A stretch of DNA of 64,000 bases, taken from assembly GCA_951406725.2 (NCBI GenBank), contig OX597822.1, forward strand, positions 23,684,001-23,748,000. The letters run 5' to 3'. Positions 1 through 13,433 of this stretch are shown here, piece by piece. The position numbers and the translations under genes are program-made. The notes beneath the pieces are model-generated. The model ran no database searches, was not told the DNA's origin, and worked only from the letters and a program-made list of their open reading frames with translations. Source of the DNA: Octopus vulgaris. Taxonomy: Eukaryota. Numbering within the stretch: position 1 is the stretch's first letter; each line of letters starts with the position of its first letter.

Positions 1-84
1 GTTTTTGCTTATTTCGATGATTGGGATCCGGGAACGATGATTACAGTTTCGAAGAGCTTTTTGTTAAATAAGTTGGTTTCGGTA

Positions 85-385
85 CTTATTTTTAAAGGTT
101 AGTACTTATTCGATCGGCCTATTTTGCCGATTCGCAACGTTACGGAGACGCAAACAAACCAACGCCGTTTGTCAAGCTGAAGGTGGATGCAAACACAGAC
201 ACACACACACGTGTATATATACGATGGACTTCCACACACTTACCGTCTACCAAATTCACTCACAAGGAATTGATCGACCTGAAACTATACCAAGAAGACA
301 CTCGCCCATGGTGCCCCACAATAGGACTGAACTCAAAACCACTTGACTGCCCAGCGAGCTTCTTAACCACTCAACCGTATCTATT
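85..385 (-). mobile_element. Degenerate tRNA-derived SINE, family B
   Basis: Diverged reverse-complement match to the family B copies at 35127-35525 and 58819-59240 (e.g. 'ccgtctaccaaattcactcacaagg', 'gtacttattcgatcgg'). Confidence 0.7.
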
Positions 386-739
386 TTGTTGCATCTGATT
401 TGTGTTCAAATGTTTTTCTTGACGAGAATATTAGTGAAATGCCAAAGGGCAAAAATGACTTACGAGACCAAAAAGACATTCGTTTCCTCTGTATCCGGTC
501 AACTTCTTAATTTTGGTTTCATTCACTTCGCAAATATTGCTAATAACCTTGAAACAGACTCATACAACATATTCAGTTTCGTTTTCTATCAGTGATAAAA
601 GTTAAGAACACACGATTATGGATATACTGTTATAAATTAATGTTTTTTATTCGTATTAAGTAGTTATGTCTGGGACAATGTAGCCAGTAGCCATCATTCA
701 GGCTAGTGTTTGTCGACTGTCTAAGATTGTTATTTGTCT

Positions 740-826
740 GTGAGCCCCAATAATATCAACAACAACAATAATAATCATAATAATAATAATGATGATAATG
801 ATGATGAGATGGTAATAATTATTATG

Positions 827-893
<67 letters not shown>
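740..893. repeat. (AAT)n/(GAT)n microsatellite; representative of dozens of simple repeats (AT, AC, AG, AAT, CAT, CTA/CCA, ATAC, AGAT, CTTT) across the window
   Basis: Directly visible tandem trinucleotides; such tracts explain the poly-I/Y/H-T/V-C ORFs in the track. Confidence 0.95.
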
Positions 894-894
<1 letters not shown>

Positions 895-1274
895 TGGCAA
901 TGGCGGTTCGGTAGATATTATGAGGTCGGTATGTTAACTGGATTGGAAAAGGCATTTAAGCATCGTATACTCTAGGTTTATAGCATTTCAAGGGCCTGTC
1001 CTTAATATAAATTCTTGTTGAGGCGTCTTTAACGACATTCAAGAGAATGTAAAGGTGACATTAATGACAATAAACACCAAACATTAAGATTCGCACACAT
1101 TCTTACATATACAAACGCACGTACATGCACACACACATACACGCAAACACAAATACGCACACACAGACGCACACGCGCATGCACACAACAACATACGTAG
1201 ACATATGACTATGTGTATCTATATGCATATATATACACACACGCATTTTATAATTATATATATATATATGTATG

Positions 1275-1372
<98 letters not shown>

Positions 1373-1621
1373 GTATATATATATGTATATATATATATGT
1401 ATGTATATATACATGTGTGTGTGTGTGTGTGTGTGTGTTGTTTATGGATATATATAACTCTTTCTTTGTTGTTTTCATTCCTGTGTGTTGACTGCAACCT
1501 TAGAGCGGTTTAGCTCTTATTTCTAGCAATGTAGGTGTTTCCTAACACCCTCGTCACTTTTAGCGACATTTGTAATTCTCTTTTTTGATGAAACATTACA
1601 AACTGCTGTTTATATTATATA

Positions 1622-2392
1622 TCTCTCTATAAAAAAATTGAAATGCGTTTTTACCGCTTGGATCGCTTTCAAGGCCACTACATCTCGTCCGATTGACTCC
1701 AGAATTTACAGGGACATGTAAAATGAGGTGACGATGTCCGTGGGCAACCTTAGAAATCCCTATCTTAAAAGGTGTCGTTGCTAGGGCCAAAAGCCCACTT
1801 TGACAAGTCCACTCTCGTTCTTTAATGTATCTGTCTTCCTCAACTCACTCTCGCTATTTCCTCTCTTCCCAGCACTTTTTCACTCACTCTATTTCATACA
1901 TTCCCATTACTTTCACTTCCTCAAACGGCCTTCTTTTATGTATCTGTCTGCATTCATAGAGAGAATTACCATCGCCACCACCAACACACAATCATGACAA
2001 CACATATTATTAATCTCGCCATCGCATTCTATTGTCTGCCTGTCAACGCGCCGATCGAGCAAATACAAACAGAACACGCCAACGAGCGTTCGTGTTCTGG
2101 TGATAACGTAGGTTTTTCGTATCTATTACATTTTAACGTTTATTTAGAACCCTGCAAATTTTTCGTGCTAAATTTTCATTTTTTACTACTTTATTATTTT
2201 TTCTTAAATTGATGCTTTTCATAAAATTAATTCTAATTGTCTGGGTCAACAGTTCGTTTCCTCGGTGGATATGGAAATTCCTATTACCCGTCAGAGAAAA
2301 AACTCCAGCAGCTCACAAATATTTCAACAAAGACAAGGTTACCTGCTTACCAGTCGAATTCAGCGTCAACGCTCACGTATGACAGAGACTCC

Positions 2393-2466
<74 letters not shown>

Positions 2467-3295
2467 CATATATATATATATATAATGTGTGCATTATGTG
2501 GTCGTTTGAGCTGAAAATATGCACACCTATGTTAAAAGTGCTGGCAAGTTTGCATGACAACTATTTTTTTCCCTCAAATGAAAGGCGTGACCTCTAGGAC
2601 AAAATTCCTCATCTTATAAAATGTGGCCCCACTAGACCCGAATGAAATCGGGTTATATTAAGCAAAATGTGAAAAGGGGTGTAAATGGGGCTGGAAGGAG
2701 ATTAAAATTTAAAGGAGCGGGTGTTTAGAAATTCTCTGTTACATCAAGCTAAAAAATTTGCGCCAGCCTTTTAATCGTCAATGTGTTGCCGTTCACGATG
2801 AAGAAGTTTTGAATGCTTGCCATGGTGAGTCTACTGTCGTGAGAAAGAATCACTTCAAAACTTGGTGTTTAGGGATTTTCTTTTACATCATGTTCAAAAT
2901 TTTACGCCAGCCGTTAAACTGTCAAAACGTTGCTGTCCGTCGTTAAGAAATGCCGGCCATGATGACTCTACTATCCTCAGATTCTATCCCTTCAAACTTT
3001 GGTTTCCAATATTTTTATTATTTTTATTCAGCTCGCAAGTTCGTCTGTCCCTTTTAAATGTTAGTGTTTTGCTGTCTGCCTTGAAGCAGACCTTTCCGTT
3101 GTTACTGTCTGATATTTATGATTGATCTTTCTAAATATTTTATTTCTCAACTTACTCAAGATCTTCTGTTGTTTATAAATGGGAGAGAGATAGATAAAGA
3201 TAGAGAGTAAGAGAAAGCGAGGGAGAGTCCGAGAGAAAGGAAGAGTAAGAGAGTGGGGAAAGTGAGAGAGAAAGGAGAGAGAAACAAAGAGGGAG

Positions 3296-3344
<49 letters not shown>

Positions 3345-3690
3345 GTTTAACGTCCGTTTTCCGTGCTAGCACGGGTTGGACAGTTCGACGGGGTCTGGGA
3401 AGCCAGGAGACTGCACCAGGCTCCAGTCTGATCTGGCAGAGTTTCTACAGGTGGATGCCCTTCCTAACGCCAACCACTCTGTGAGCGTAGTGGGTGCTTT
3501 TTTCGTGCCGCCGGCACAGGTGCCAGGGGGGCTGGCAGCGGCCACGATCGGTTGGTGCTTTTTACGTACCACCGGCACAGAAGCCAGTCAAGGCGGCGCT
3601 GCAATCGGCGACGTTTGGATGGTGCTTTTTACGTGCTGAAAGGAAGCAACCACACTCTTACCCGCGCGTAGAGCGGGTCACCTTCAGCTA

Positions 3691-3691
<1 letters not shown>
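1622..3691 (+). mobile_element. Non-autonomous Helitron, copy 1 (with nested insertion)
   Basis: Starts A^TC(tctctata) and ends with hairpin cccgc-gcgtaga-gcggg (3661-3677) followed by CTAG (3688-3691)^T, the canonical Helitron termini. A long homologous copy lies at 40359-42107. Confidence 0.75.
3298..3635 (-). mobile_element. SINE-like repeat with RTE-type motif and (GAT)n tail, nested in the Helitron
   Basis: Minus strand contains ggttggcgttaggaagggcatcc and ends ...ggaaaacggacgttaaac(gat)n. It is absent from the second Helitron copy. Confidence 0.7.
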
Positions 3692-3741
<50 letters not shown>

Positions 3742-3769
3742 CACACACGCGCGCACGCACATACACACA

Positions 3770-3933
3770 TAGGAGCAGACGTGGCTGTGTGGTAAGAAGC
3801 TTGCTTCCCAACCACATGATTCCGGGTTCAGTCCCACTGCGTGGCACTTCGTGTAAGTGTTTTCTACTATAGCTTCGGGCCGACCAAAGCCTTATGAGTG
3901 GATTTGGTAGACGAAAACTGAAAGAAGCCCGTC

Positions 3934-3935
<2 letters not shown>
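3770..3935 (+). mobile_element. Family B SINE, 5' half
   Basis: gtggctgtgtggtaagaagc (A box) ... gggttcagtccc (B box) ... ggatttggtagacgaaaactgaaagaagcccgtc. Confidence 0.85.
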
Positions 3936-3989
<54 letters not shown>

Positions 3990-3992
<3 letters not shown>

Positions 3993-5100
3993 CCAAATAA
4001 GACAAAGAAGGAGCTTAGCACATTTTTAATGACCAGTTACAATTGTTTCGGTAACAACATTGATTTAAACATCATTGCACGCAAAACCTCCATCTGAAAA
4101 GCTATGCAATATTTGCACTTTTATACATTAGCTTGGCACTTCATCAAACTTGCATGAAACGGTACACTCTTATACTGTGCGCCTATCAGGTGTTGTATTC
4201 TGCTTGAATCGGGAGGATTATATTTTTACGCTCCGCTAGATCCACACAGTGGATTTACCGGTGTGATAACTGGATTTTCTACACATGCAGAAATGTAAAA
4301 TCTTTCTTGAGACTCCAATTCAAGAGTGTAGATTTTTCGAGCTTTGGTTGAGTGCTGCACTGGAAATACTCCGATTTTCAACCATTTCTGGATCATAATG
4401 TGTGTGCGAGCGTACGTGTGTGTATATCTGTGTGCGCGCGCGCGTGTGCATGCATACACTCACAGAAAGAGTGCTACCAACAGTTGTAGCACAGGAGCAG
4501 CGTGACAATATATAAGCAAAGATATTCCTAAACAAATTGAATTACGAATAAGCACTGAGATTGGGTTGGTTGCCAAAAAGTTATCAAAAAAGCTTCATGC
4601 ATTTATCTACTTATAAAATACGCGCAAGACATGATATATATTTATCCATTTTCTCACAAGAATATGTAACATTTGCAGGCCTTCTGTATCATTTGGGTAA
4701 ATACACACAATAGCAAGAAAGTAGGTTTTCTAAATGAAATGTTAGTGTTGGTGAATATATGAACTCTTTTTATTATATATGACCATCTTCCGTTGTAGGT
4801 CAAATCGAGTGTGTGAGAAATAAGTTACTTTAACCAGTTGGCAGTTGGAAATTACCCAATAAACGGCAAAGGAAATGTCTACACGAATTTACCAGTTCAG
4901 ATCTTTTATTCAAACTTGCGAAATACTGTAATAGGCTGTTAGACTTTCTGAGAGATGAATATCATACCTTCCGGCCTTGTTAATTTACGAGCATGCATGT
5001 TCTAATGGACCAATCAATTTTATGATTATCAATATTATTACATTATAAATTCCTACCTATATTCGGAGAGTGTGTAGTGAGATATCAGTTTGAGTATCCC
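3990..5100 (-). mobile_element. Degenerate 3' end of a Penelope-like element (GIY-YIG C-terminus plus putative pseudo-LTR)
   Basis: Minus-strand fragments read TLSEY..IDWSI..LNKRSELVNSCRH (about 5075-4880), resembling the PLE endonuclease C-terminal motif. A hammerhead-like motif lies downstream at 4033-4152. Confidence 0.55.
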
Positions 5101-5409
5101 AATGTATAGATATGAAGCAGAATATTAAAAAAGTGTTTCAATAAGTTCTATATAGTTTTATTAAGTTTTATATATAAGTTATATTATTATATAAGAGAGA
5201 TATTTTCCAGTGAGCAAATATATTAAAAATTTCATATATTATGGTCAACGGGGAAATGCTTATTTATATTTATAAGAATTTAAAAAACCCTGGCAAAAAT
5301 AGAAGGAAAATTTAAACTGGAGTGAAGGTTATTTCGTATTTTCCTTTCATATTTTTATATTAATGGATATTTAGAGATGTTGATATATCATTATGATAAT
5401 CAGTAGGAA

Positions 5410-5612
5410 GGCGGCGAGCTGGCAGAAATGTTAGCACGCTGGGCAAAATGATTAGTAGCATTTCTTCCGGCTTTACGTTGTGAGTTCAAATGACGCAGAG
5501 GTCAATTTTGCATTTCATCTTTTCGGGGTCGTTAAAATAAGTACCAGTTGAGTACTAGGGCCCATACAATAGACTGGTTTCCTTCCCCCCAAATTTCAGA
5601 CCCTGTGTCTAT
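5410..5612 (+). mobile_element. tRNA-derived SINE, family A
   Basis: ggcggcgagctggcagaa...gagttcaaat...tttcatcttttcggggtcgttaaaataagtaccag; the central domain resembles the Meta/Sauria-type SINE core (from memory). Confidence 0.85.
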
Positions 5613-5621
5613 AGTCTAAAA

Positions 5622-5812
5622 CAGTGCTTTTCAAACTTTTTGCTGGAGCGGAACCCCAAGAAAACATTTCACTGGTTCGAGGAACCCCTGTGCAATAATT
5701 TAATTGTCTTATGCACACATATCTGCACAGGAGAATTAAAAATTACTGTCGATTTTAGCATTTTTGTAACTTCTTGCGGAACCCCTGGACTGTACTGGCG
5801 GAACCCTAAGGT
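5622..5812. mobile_element. hAT-type MITE fragment
   Basis: Begins CAGTGcttttcaaactttt with repeated ggaaccc subterminal motifs; the right TIR appears truncated. Confidence 0.55.
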
Positions 5813-5904
5813 TTATTATAATACAATTATAATAATCAGTAGCACGATTAAAGGATACAGCGGCAGGGGATAGTTTAGATAAGTGTTTCCTAATATTGGA
5901 TTCA

Positions 5905-6250
5905 AATTTTGACACAATTTCAGGGAAGGGCTAAGTCGATTACATCGACCCCAGTACCGTACTGGTACTTATATTTTATTGACGCCGAAAGGATAAAAGT
6001 CAAAATCGAGCTCGGCGGATTTTGAACTCAGGACGTAATGACGGACGAAATGCTGTTAAGCATTTTGCCCGATGTTCTAACGATTCTGCCAGCTAACCGC
6101 CTTTAAGTATTTACTAATATTCTTTTCTACTCTAGGTACAAGGCCCGAAATTTTGGGGGAGAGGCCCAGTCGATTAGATCGACCTCAGTACGCAACTGGT
6201 ACTTAATTTATCGACCGCGAAAGGATGAAAGGCAAAGTCGATTTCGGGGG
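5905..6250 (-). mobile_element. Two family A SINE copies
   Basis: Reverse-complement family A sequence at 5905-6103 and 6121-6250. Confidence 0.85.
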
Positions 6251-6355
6251 AGTGTTTACTAATATTACCAAATGAATTTTAAATTTCAAGGGATTTGCGT
6301 GAAATGGTTGGAATCTATGCTAATATGATGTATTTTCTAGTCAGGTTCACTGTAA

Positions 6356-6413
6356 CGGCAATACTCGGCAATACTCGGTAATACTCGGCAATACTCGGTA
6401 ATACTCGGCAATA
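6356..6413. repeat. 10-bp tandem repeat (cggYaatact) about 6 copies
   Basis: Directly visible, with cggca and cggta variants. Confidence 0.9.
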
Positions 6414-7030
6414 TGTCAGTCTAGACACTTAAATTTGTATGCTATGTGACATTTAAATTTAACTATTTAAATATATGCGAATGAATCTTTTCTTAGTCGC
6501 ATCTATTGCTTGGTCATCCATACCTCGCAAATGGTGTTTTTACTTCACGTGACTTAGCCGTTCAATAAATAGATAACGATAAAATAATCACCAGCAGTGA
6601 CGTATCAATATGAAGTGTGGCCTCAGGCTATTGAAGCTGTGAGGTCGCTAAACCCACAAAAGATACCATAACTGGAACTATTCATACATCTTGACCGGAA
6701 CCTCGACCGCTTAAACACGTAGGCTTCAAGCTTTTAGATAAATCCAGCACTGAGTATCGGAACTGAGATGAGCACAGGATAGGAATCGATGTAATCGACG
6801 AAAGACAGTTGAAGGTGGTACCAGAGTGTGGCCGCAGTTCAAGTTGACTGATATCAGTAAAAATAAATAATAAAGAAAGAAAAAAATTACAAAAAAATAA
6901 GATAAATAAAGACAAAAACAAAAGCGAATTGCGACAAACCAGTAGCAACAGCAACAATCCGGAATTAATAAATGGATTATCAACAACCTCCCCAACGCCC
7001 ACCAAAAGAAACCAATAACTGTAGTCGTCA

Positions 7031-7178
<148 letters not shown>

Positions 7179-7202
7179 GCACACACAAACACACACACAT
7201 GC

Positions 7203-7233
<31 letters not shown>

Positions 7234-7249
7234 TGCACACTCACACACA

Positions 7250-7296
<47 letters not shown>

Positions 7297-7761
7297 ACAC
7301 ATGTTTATTGTATGCAAGAGAAACAGCTGTGATATCTGGTGATGTATAATTCTCTCATAGTTTACTGTTATAAATAAATATGTTTGTTTTCACGATTCAG
7401 CAGACACAACTGAGAATTCGATCTCAATCAATATTTAGATAAATATATGTACATCCATATATATATGTGTGTGTGTGTGTGTGTTTGTGTATGTATAGCT
7501 GTGTGTGTGTATATGTATGTGTGTATGTGTATGTGTGTTTGTGTTTTTGTGCATTTATGTATGTGTGTATGTATATATATACATACATTATATATATGTA
7601 TATATATATATGTATGTATTTGTTTGTGTATGTGTGTTTGTGTTTTTGTGCATTTATGTATGAGTGTATATATATATATATACATTATATGTATGTATGT
7701 ATGTATTTATATGCATGTATGTATGTATGTATGTGTGTGAGTATACACACTCACATGCACA

Positions 7762-8614
7762 CAAGGTGCATTCCAGAAGTGTTGAAACTTTTTTAAAAAG
7801 AGGCAGTTATAACTGTTGTAGAATTTTGTAATTTTAGCATATCATTACTATGCATCTAATAAGCTGACCTGCCACCTTTTGTAATTCCAGATTGAAGGAG
7901 AGGGCTTTAACAGCACTTTGATCACGCTCTACTAAACACTACTTGTTAGAGCTGACGAGTTCGCAGAATGCAGTCGTAATGTGAAGACGTTTTTTCAAAC
8001 TCACTAAACAACGAAGTTTTGTGTAAAATTGGGGGAAAAACGCTACAGCAACTTATCAAGCGCTCCAGACTGCTACGGATTAACTTGTACGAACCGAACA
8101 TCTGTTTTTCGCCGGCACAAGAGGTCAAGCAAAGCATGTGCACCAGGAAGGTTATGCTGATCCTCCCCTACTTTTGTACTGCAAGGGCAGCATCCATCTA
8201 CAGGGTTCCCTCTGGCCAGACGGCCAACAATAAGAACGGAGAACTTTGTCGAGGATTGGAAGAAATTCAGGAAGTGATTTCGTCGCAAAAGGCCAGAGTA
8301 CCTTCACCAAGACAATGCCCCACTCCGCAGTTCCATCCTGGTAAACGACTTGTCAGAGGTGGGCTTCAAATCTGTTCCTTATCTGCCCCCCTACAGTCCA
8401 TACATTGCTCCCTTGACATTTGGAGGTGAAGAAGAAGGAGGCTGTAACAAGGGTCCTGGATGCATTCACTTAAGAGGATTTCCATGGGGCCTTCACAAAG
8501 TGGCTGGAGCGCTAGCTACAACACATACCTTGAAGTTAGGGATTCCCGCTTTGAAAACTAAATATTGTACTTTCTCACCTGAAAACATTCTCAGAACTTC
8601 TAGAATCTACATAG
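7762..8614 (+). mobile_element. Decayed, internally deleted mariner (Tc1/mariner) transposon
   Basis: Broken frames read FCV/CKIGGK.., RQSMCTRKVMLI, HQDNAP and PPYSPYIAP (mariner YSPDLAP motif). Imperfect TIRs: caaggtgcattccagaagt / acttctagaatctacatag. Confidence 0.75.
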
Positions 8615-9049
8615 TATAAATCTCTCTCTCTCTCTCTCTATTGTGTGTCTCCCTCTTTGTGTGTTTCTCTTTGTCTCTCGCTCTCTCTCTCTCTCTGCAT
8701 ATGTATATACATATACACGCATGTAAATTATTATATTAAAGAGCTATAAATATGTGTGCGTATGTTTGTTTGTGCGTGTGTGTGTGTGTGTCTGTCTGTC
8801 TGTCTGCGCGTGTGTGTATTTGTACATAGGGAAAATGGCTTTTCTTTTAGACATGATATATTGAAAACACAACTATGTTGTAATTTGTTATTTTTCATTA
8901 GGGTCTCTTCGTATCATGGTATTAGAGTTTTATAGTTCGTTCAGCATATTACAGTTCCCCAAATCAATTTTGTCTGCGTTTTCAAGCTGTCTCAGTGTCA
9001 TCTTCAGGATGTGATGAGTGTTTTCTGAAACCACTGAATACAACTGCAC

Positions 9050-9651
9050 TACATGGAAAGCCCGTGCTGCAACTACTAATAACATCAATCGCCAAAGAAT
9101 ATAAATAGTACTCATAAGTGGAAAAGCACGGATAAATATACTTCCAGAAGGAGGGAAAAGGACATAAGGCCATCCCTTCAAATAAAATATACGAGACAGA
9201 CGAAATATGGAAGGGATATTGGGAGCTGGCCGTGAATTTGGAAAGGCTGTTAATATTTCCACTCATAAAAAACTTAATTCTATAGAACACAGAACGGAAA
9301 ATTGGAATTTTGCTGGCGCTGACAGTGCCATGGGAAGAGAACGTCGCTAATGCAGAGCAACGGAAGGAGAAGAGATATGAAAAATTAATCGAAGAGTGCA
9401 GAGAACAGGGATGGACTGTCGAGTATTACCACCTGGCAGTGGAGGCTAGAGGCTTCATTGAAAAGAAAATGGTGACGTTATTTAAAAGAAGGCCTGCATT
9501 TTTGAGCTCAGAACTGAGAAAAGTAATAAGGAGGATACAGGAGGCAGTGGAAAAAGTCAGCTTCTATATATGGCTGAAACGAGAAGACCCAAAATGGCTC
9601 GAAAGCTATAACATGCCGACTGGCTGGCTGACACTTAAGCAGCATCACTGA
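9050..9651 (+). pseudogene. C-terminal restriction-like endonuclease of a HERO-like non-LTR retrotransposon (degenerate)
   Basis: WELAVNLERLLIFP...LTVPWEENVANAEQRKEKRYEKLIEECREQGW..VEARGF matches the HERO-type ELTVPWEE/K..KY/VEVGCRGF pattern; the PD motif appears deleted. Confidence 0.7.
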
Positions 9652-9916
9652 TTGACAGGTGGGCCAAGGTAGCGGTCTGGTTCATACCGCCCCCTCTCCT
9701 CCTGGTTCAAAGGCTTGTACCATCAGCTTTGGCTGCTGGAATTGAAACTAACAGGACACTGTTGGAAGGCAGGCTTAGAGAGGGCGCGGGCTAAAACTAC
9801 GCGCCCTTCCCCTCCATTGGTCAGTACAAGCCTATACAGTGTCACGTGACAGTTAGCGGCGAGTAGTTAAAGGGAAATTTGGCAGGATGGTCAGTCATCC
9901 GCTGATATTCGTTACA

Positions 9917-10150
9917 AGGCGGCGAGCTGGCAGAAACGTTAGCACGCCGGGCGAAATGCGTAGCCGTATTTCGTCTGCCGCTACGTTCTGAGTTCAAATT
10001 TCACCGAGGTCGACATTGCCTTTCATCCTTTCGGGGTCGATAAATTAAGTACCAGTTACGCACTGGGGTCGATGTAATCGACTTAATCCGTTTGTCTGTC
10101 CTTGTTTGTCCCCTCTATGTTTAGCCCCTTGTGGGTAGTAAAGAAATAGA
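9917..10150 (+). mobile_element. Full-length family A SINE with target-site duplication
   Basis: Near-consensus copy; gatattcgtt occurs on both sides (9904-9913 and 10149-10158). Confidence 0.9.
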
Positions 10151-10226
10151 TATTCGTTGACGCTGCATCGAAGAAACTAAAGAACAGAAGAAAAGGGAGA
10201 AAGAATAAATGCACTCAACACCAGAG

Positions 10227-10370
10227 CTGAAGACTCCTCTGAAAGGGAGGACGTCGAAAACGGTATAGGAGTAGGGGCCGAAACCGGGCGTGGTTCCTCA
10301 TGATGATGACTTTAGCCATTGGATCCTATAAAGGAGCTGTTGAGGTAGCGAACTACGAAACGTGGTTGGA
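10227..10370 (+). ncRNA. Cluster of degenerate hammerhead-ribozyme-like motifs in the putative HERO 3' region
   Basis: Boxes CTGAAGA (10227), ATGATGA (10300), CTGTTGA (10337) and GAAA (10256, 10280, 10357); stem II gtag-cgaa-ctac; stem tcct-ataa-agga. Confidence 0.45.
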
Positions 10371-11886
10371 ATTCCTGTACTGGCTCTTTTTTTATAGAGG
10401 GCAGTTTATGTTTACACAAATTTACGGCCATAATTCTGTTCATGCAGACTTGCTAGCTAGAATTCAACCGTTATAACGTTGGGGTTCTGCGTCATCGGGC
10501 CACAATTAACATACAGACGACATACATACTTCACGATCAAGATAAACACGTCAACGTTGACATGTAGCTCTAACGTCCAAACATTACAGATCTTATGACC
10601 TGTAACCTTAACGCTCAAATGGTCAAATTCTGGTTGTAAAATGCATCATTTTACTTTCTCTCTCTCTTGCTCTGTCTGTCTGTCTGTCTGTCTCTCTCAC
10701 ACACACACACACACACTCACTTACTCACTCACTCACTCATTCACTCACCCGCTCTCTTTCTCACTCTCTCTTTCTCTGTCTGTCTGTCTCCCTCTTTCTT
10801 TCTCTGTCTCACACTCACTCACTCTCTCTCTTTGTCTATCTGTCTCTCTCCATGACTCTCTCTCTCTCTGTCTATCTCTGTCTATCTATCTGTCTCTCTC
10901 ACTTACTCTCTCTTTCTCCTTGTCTCTCTCCCTTCCTCTCTCTTTTATTTTTCATGCATCAGTGATTCAATTACTTGATTTCCAGTCAAGATAAAAACAA
11001 CAAACAAACAAAGCAGCACACACTATATCGCTCGCGAAACGTATATCGAACTCTCATAACTACCGTATTTTAAAGTCAATCGAAGATATAAATGATTCAC
11101 TCTCATCAGTTATTCATTACAACCTTTAGTTTCCTCAACTCTGAATAGACGAAAGAAGACAAAGTCGTCTTTAGTAGCGAAATGTGAACTCAGAAACGCA
11201 TGGTTCCTCCCAGCTACATACCTCTGTGCCAAGTGGAGCGAACCGCTTTTTACACAGAGCAATATCTAAAAGCTTCATTTACAGCTAAAGATTAACAGAT
11301 CAATTTTTATTTTTTATATTTTTACTTTATCAGATTAGCATTGGGAGGATGTCTTGTTCTTACGTGCGTTATAAGGAAGTGACTAAAACGTCATTGGCAA
11401 CGAAAGTTATTGAATTTGACGAAATGAAATCAAAGAAACACAGCCTTAGGTTAAAGAATACTTTAGATATATTAATTTCCGTACTAACTGCTTTTCACGC
11501 CTAAACGGAGTTAAATGATGCTTGATACAGAAGGAAGTATGGATGGAAGTCAAACAAAAGTTCGTAATGTCTTGTGTGCAAGAACACAGCTTTTGTTGCT
11601 GATGCAGCTCAGAATCTTAAGCACCTAGCAACGCTGTTAGTTAGAATCGTGTCTTCGCTAATTCTAACATGCATCCATTAATCCAGAACATTCTACTTTC
11701 AATCTATCTCCGCTCCGTGTCCTCGTCTTTATTCTGGCGCGCGGACATGATTTATTCGGATGGATTCGATTCACCTACCTACATTCTGGGGTGGGGGGAA
11801 AACGCAGGACTTCCCGTACATATAAAACTTTTAAATAGAAACCTCCCTGTACACACACGATTACTCACGTACGCACGCGCGCACAC

Positions 11887-11922
<36 letters not shown>

Positions 11923-12006
11923 ATTCATACACGTATACGTGTATGTGTTTCTCTTCCTATGTCTGTCTGTCTCTCTCTCTCACTCTCTCTCTATATATAT
12001 ACACAC

Positions 12007-12060
<54 letters not shown>

Positions 12061-12812
12061 CTATATATATATGTATGTATATATGCATATATATGCGTGT
12101 ATAATTATATATACATTTATATGTATGATATATACACAAACATACACACACATATATGTATTATGTATATATCAATGAATGCATATATATGTAAGTATTT
12201 AATTATATATACAATTTTACGAGTATATATATATATATTATATATATGTGTGTGTGTGTGTGTATATATAAATGCATTCATATATATATGCAACACACAA
12301 TGCTGATACACACATACAAACGCACAAACGAATGTTTATATATGCATATGTGTGTGTGAGTGTATAATGTGTATATGTATATATATATATATCTGTATAC
12401 ATATACACACAGGATATATGTGTGTGTGTGGGTGTGGATGGGTGTGTGTAGATATGTATACACATGGTTTTAGGTGCATTCAATGTATACACATACAGAC
12501 ACACATACATGTGAGCATACCATCATACATACACGGACGTGCAGTGAGTCTTCCAAATTTAATTAGACACGTCATACACAGGGTATTCCTATCGAGACAT
12601 TTTATTGATTCGTCTTTGTCGAATCTAATGTCATTTCCTCTCGACCTGTCTGTTCGTTGGTCGGTCTGTCAGTCTCTCCCTAAAAATGCACACACACACA
12701 GACACACACACACGCGCGCGCGTATTTCCGTACTTTTTATGCTTAACTTGTTATGATGTTACGGTACTTATCAAAGAAACATAAACACATACATTCATAT
12801 ATATGGAGGAGC

Positions 12813-13343
<531 letters not shown>

Positions 13344-13344
13344 A

Positions 13345-13375
<31 letters not shown>

Positions 13376-13386
13376 GTACATACATA

Positions 13387-13433
<47 letters not shown>

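Noticed and set aside
8968-9012. CTGAAGA...GAAA on the minus strand
   Set aside because: No convincing stem I/III or GUH triplet.
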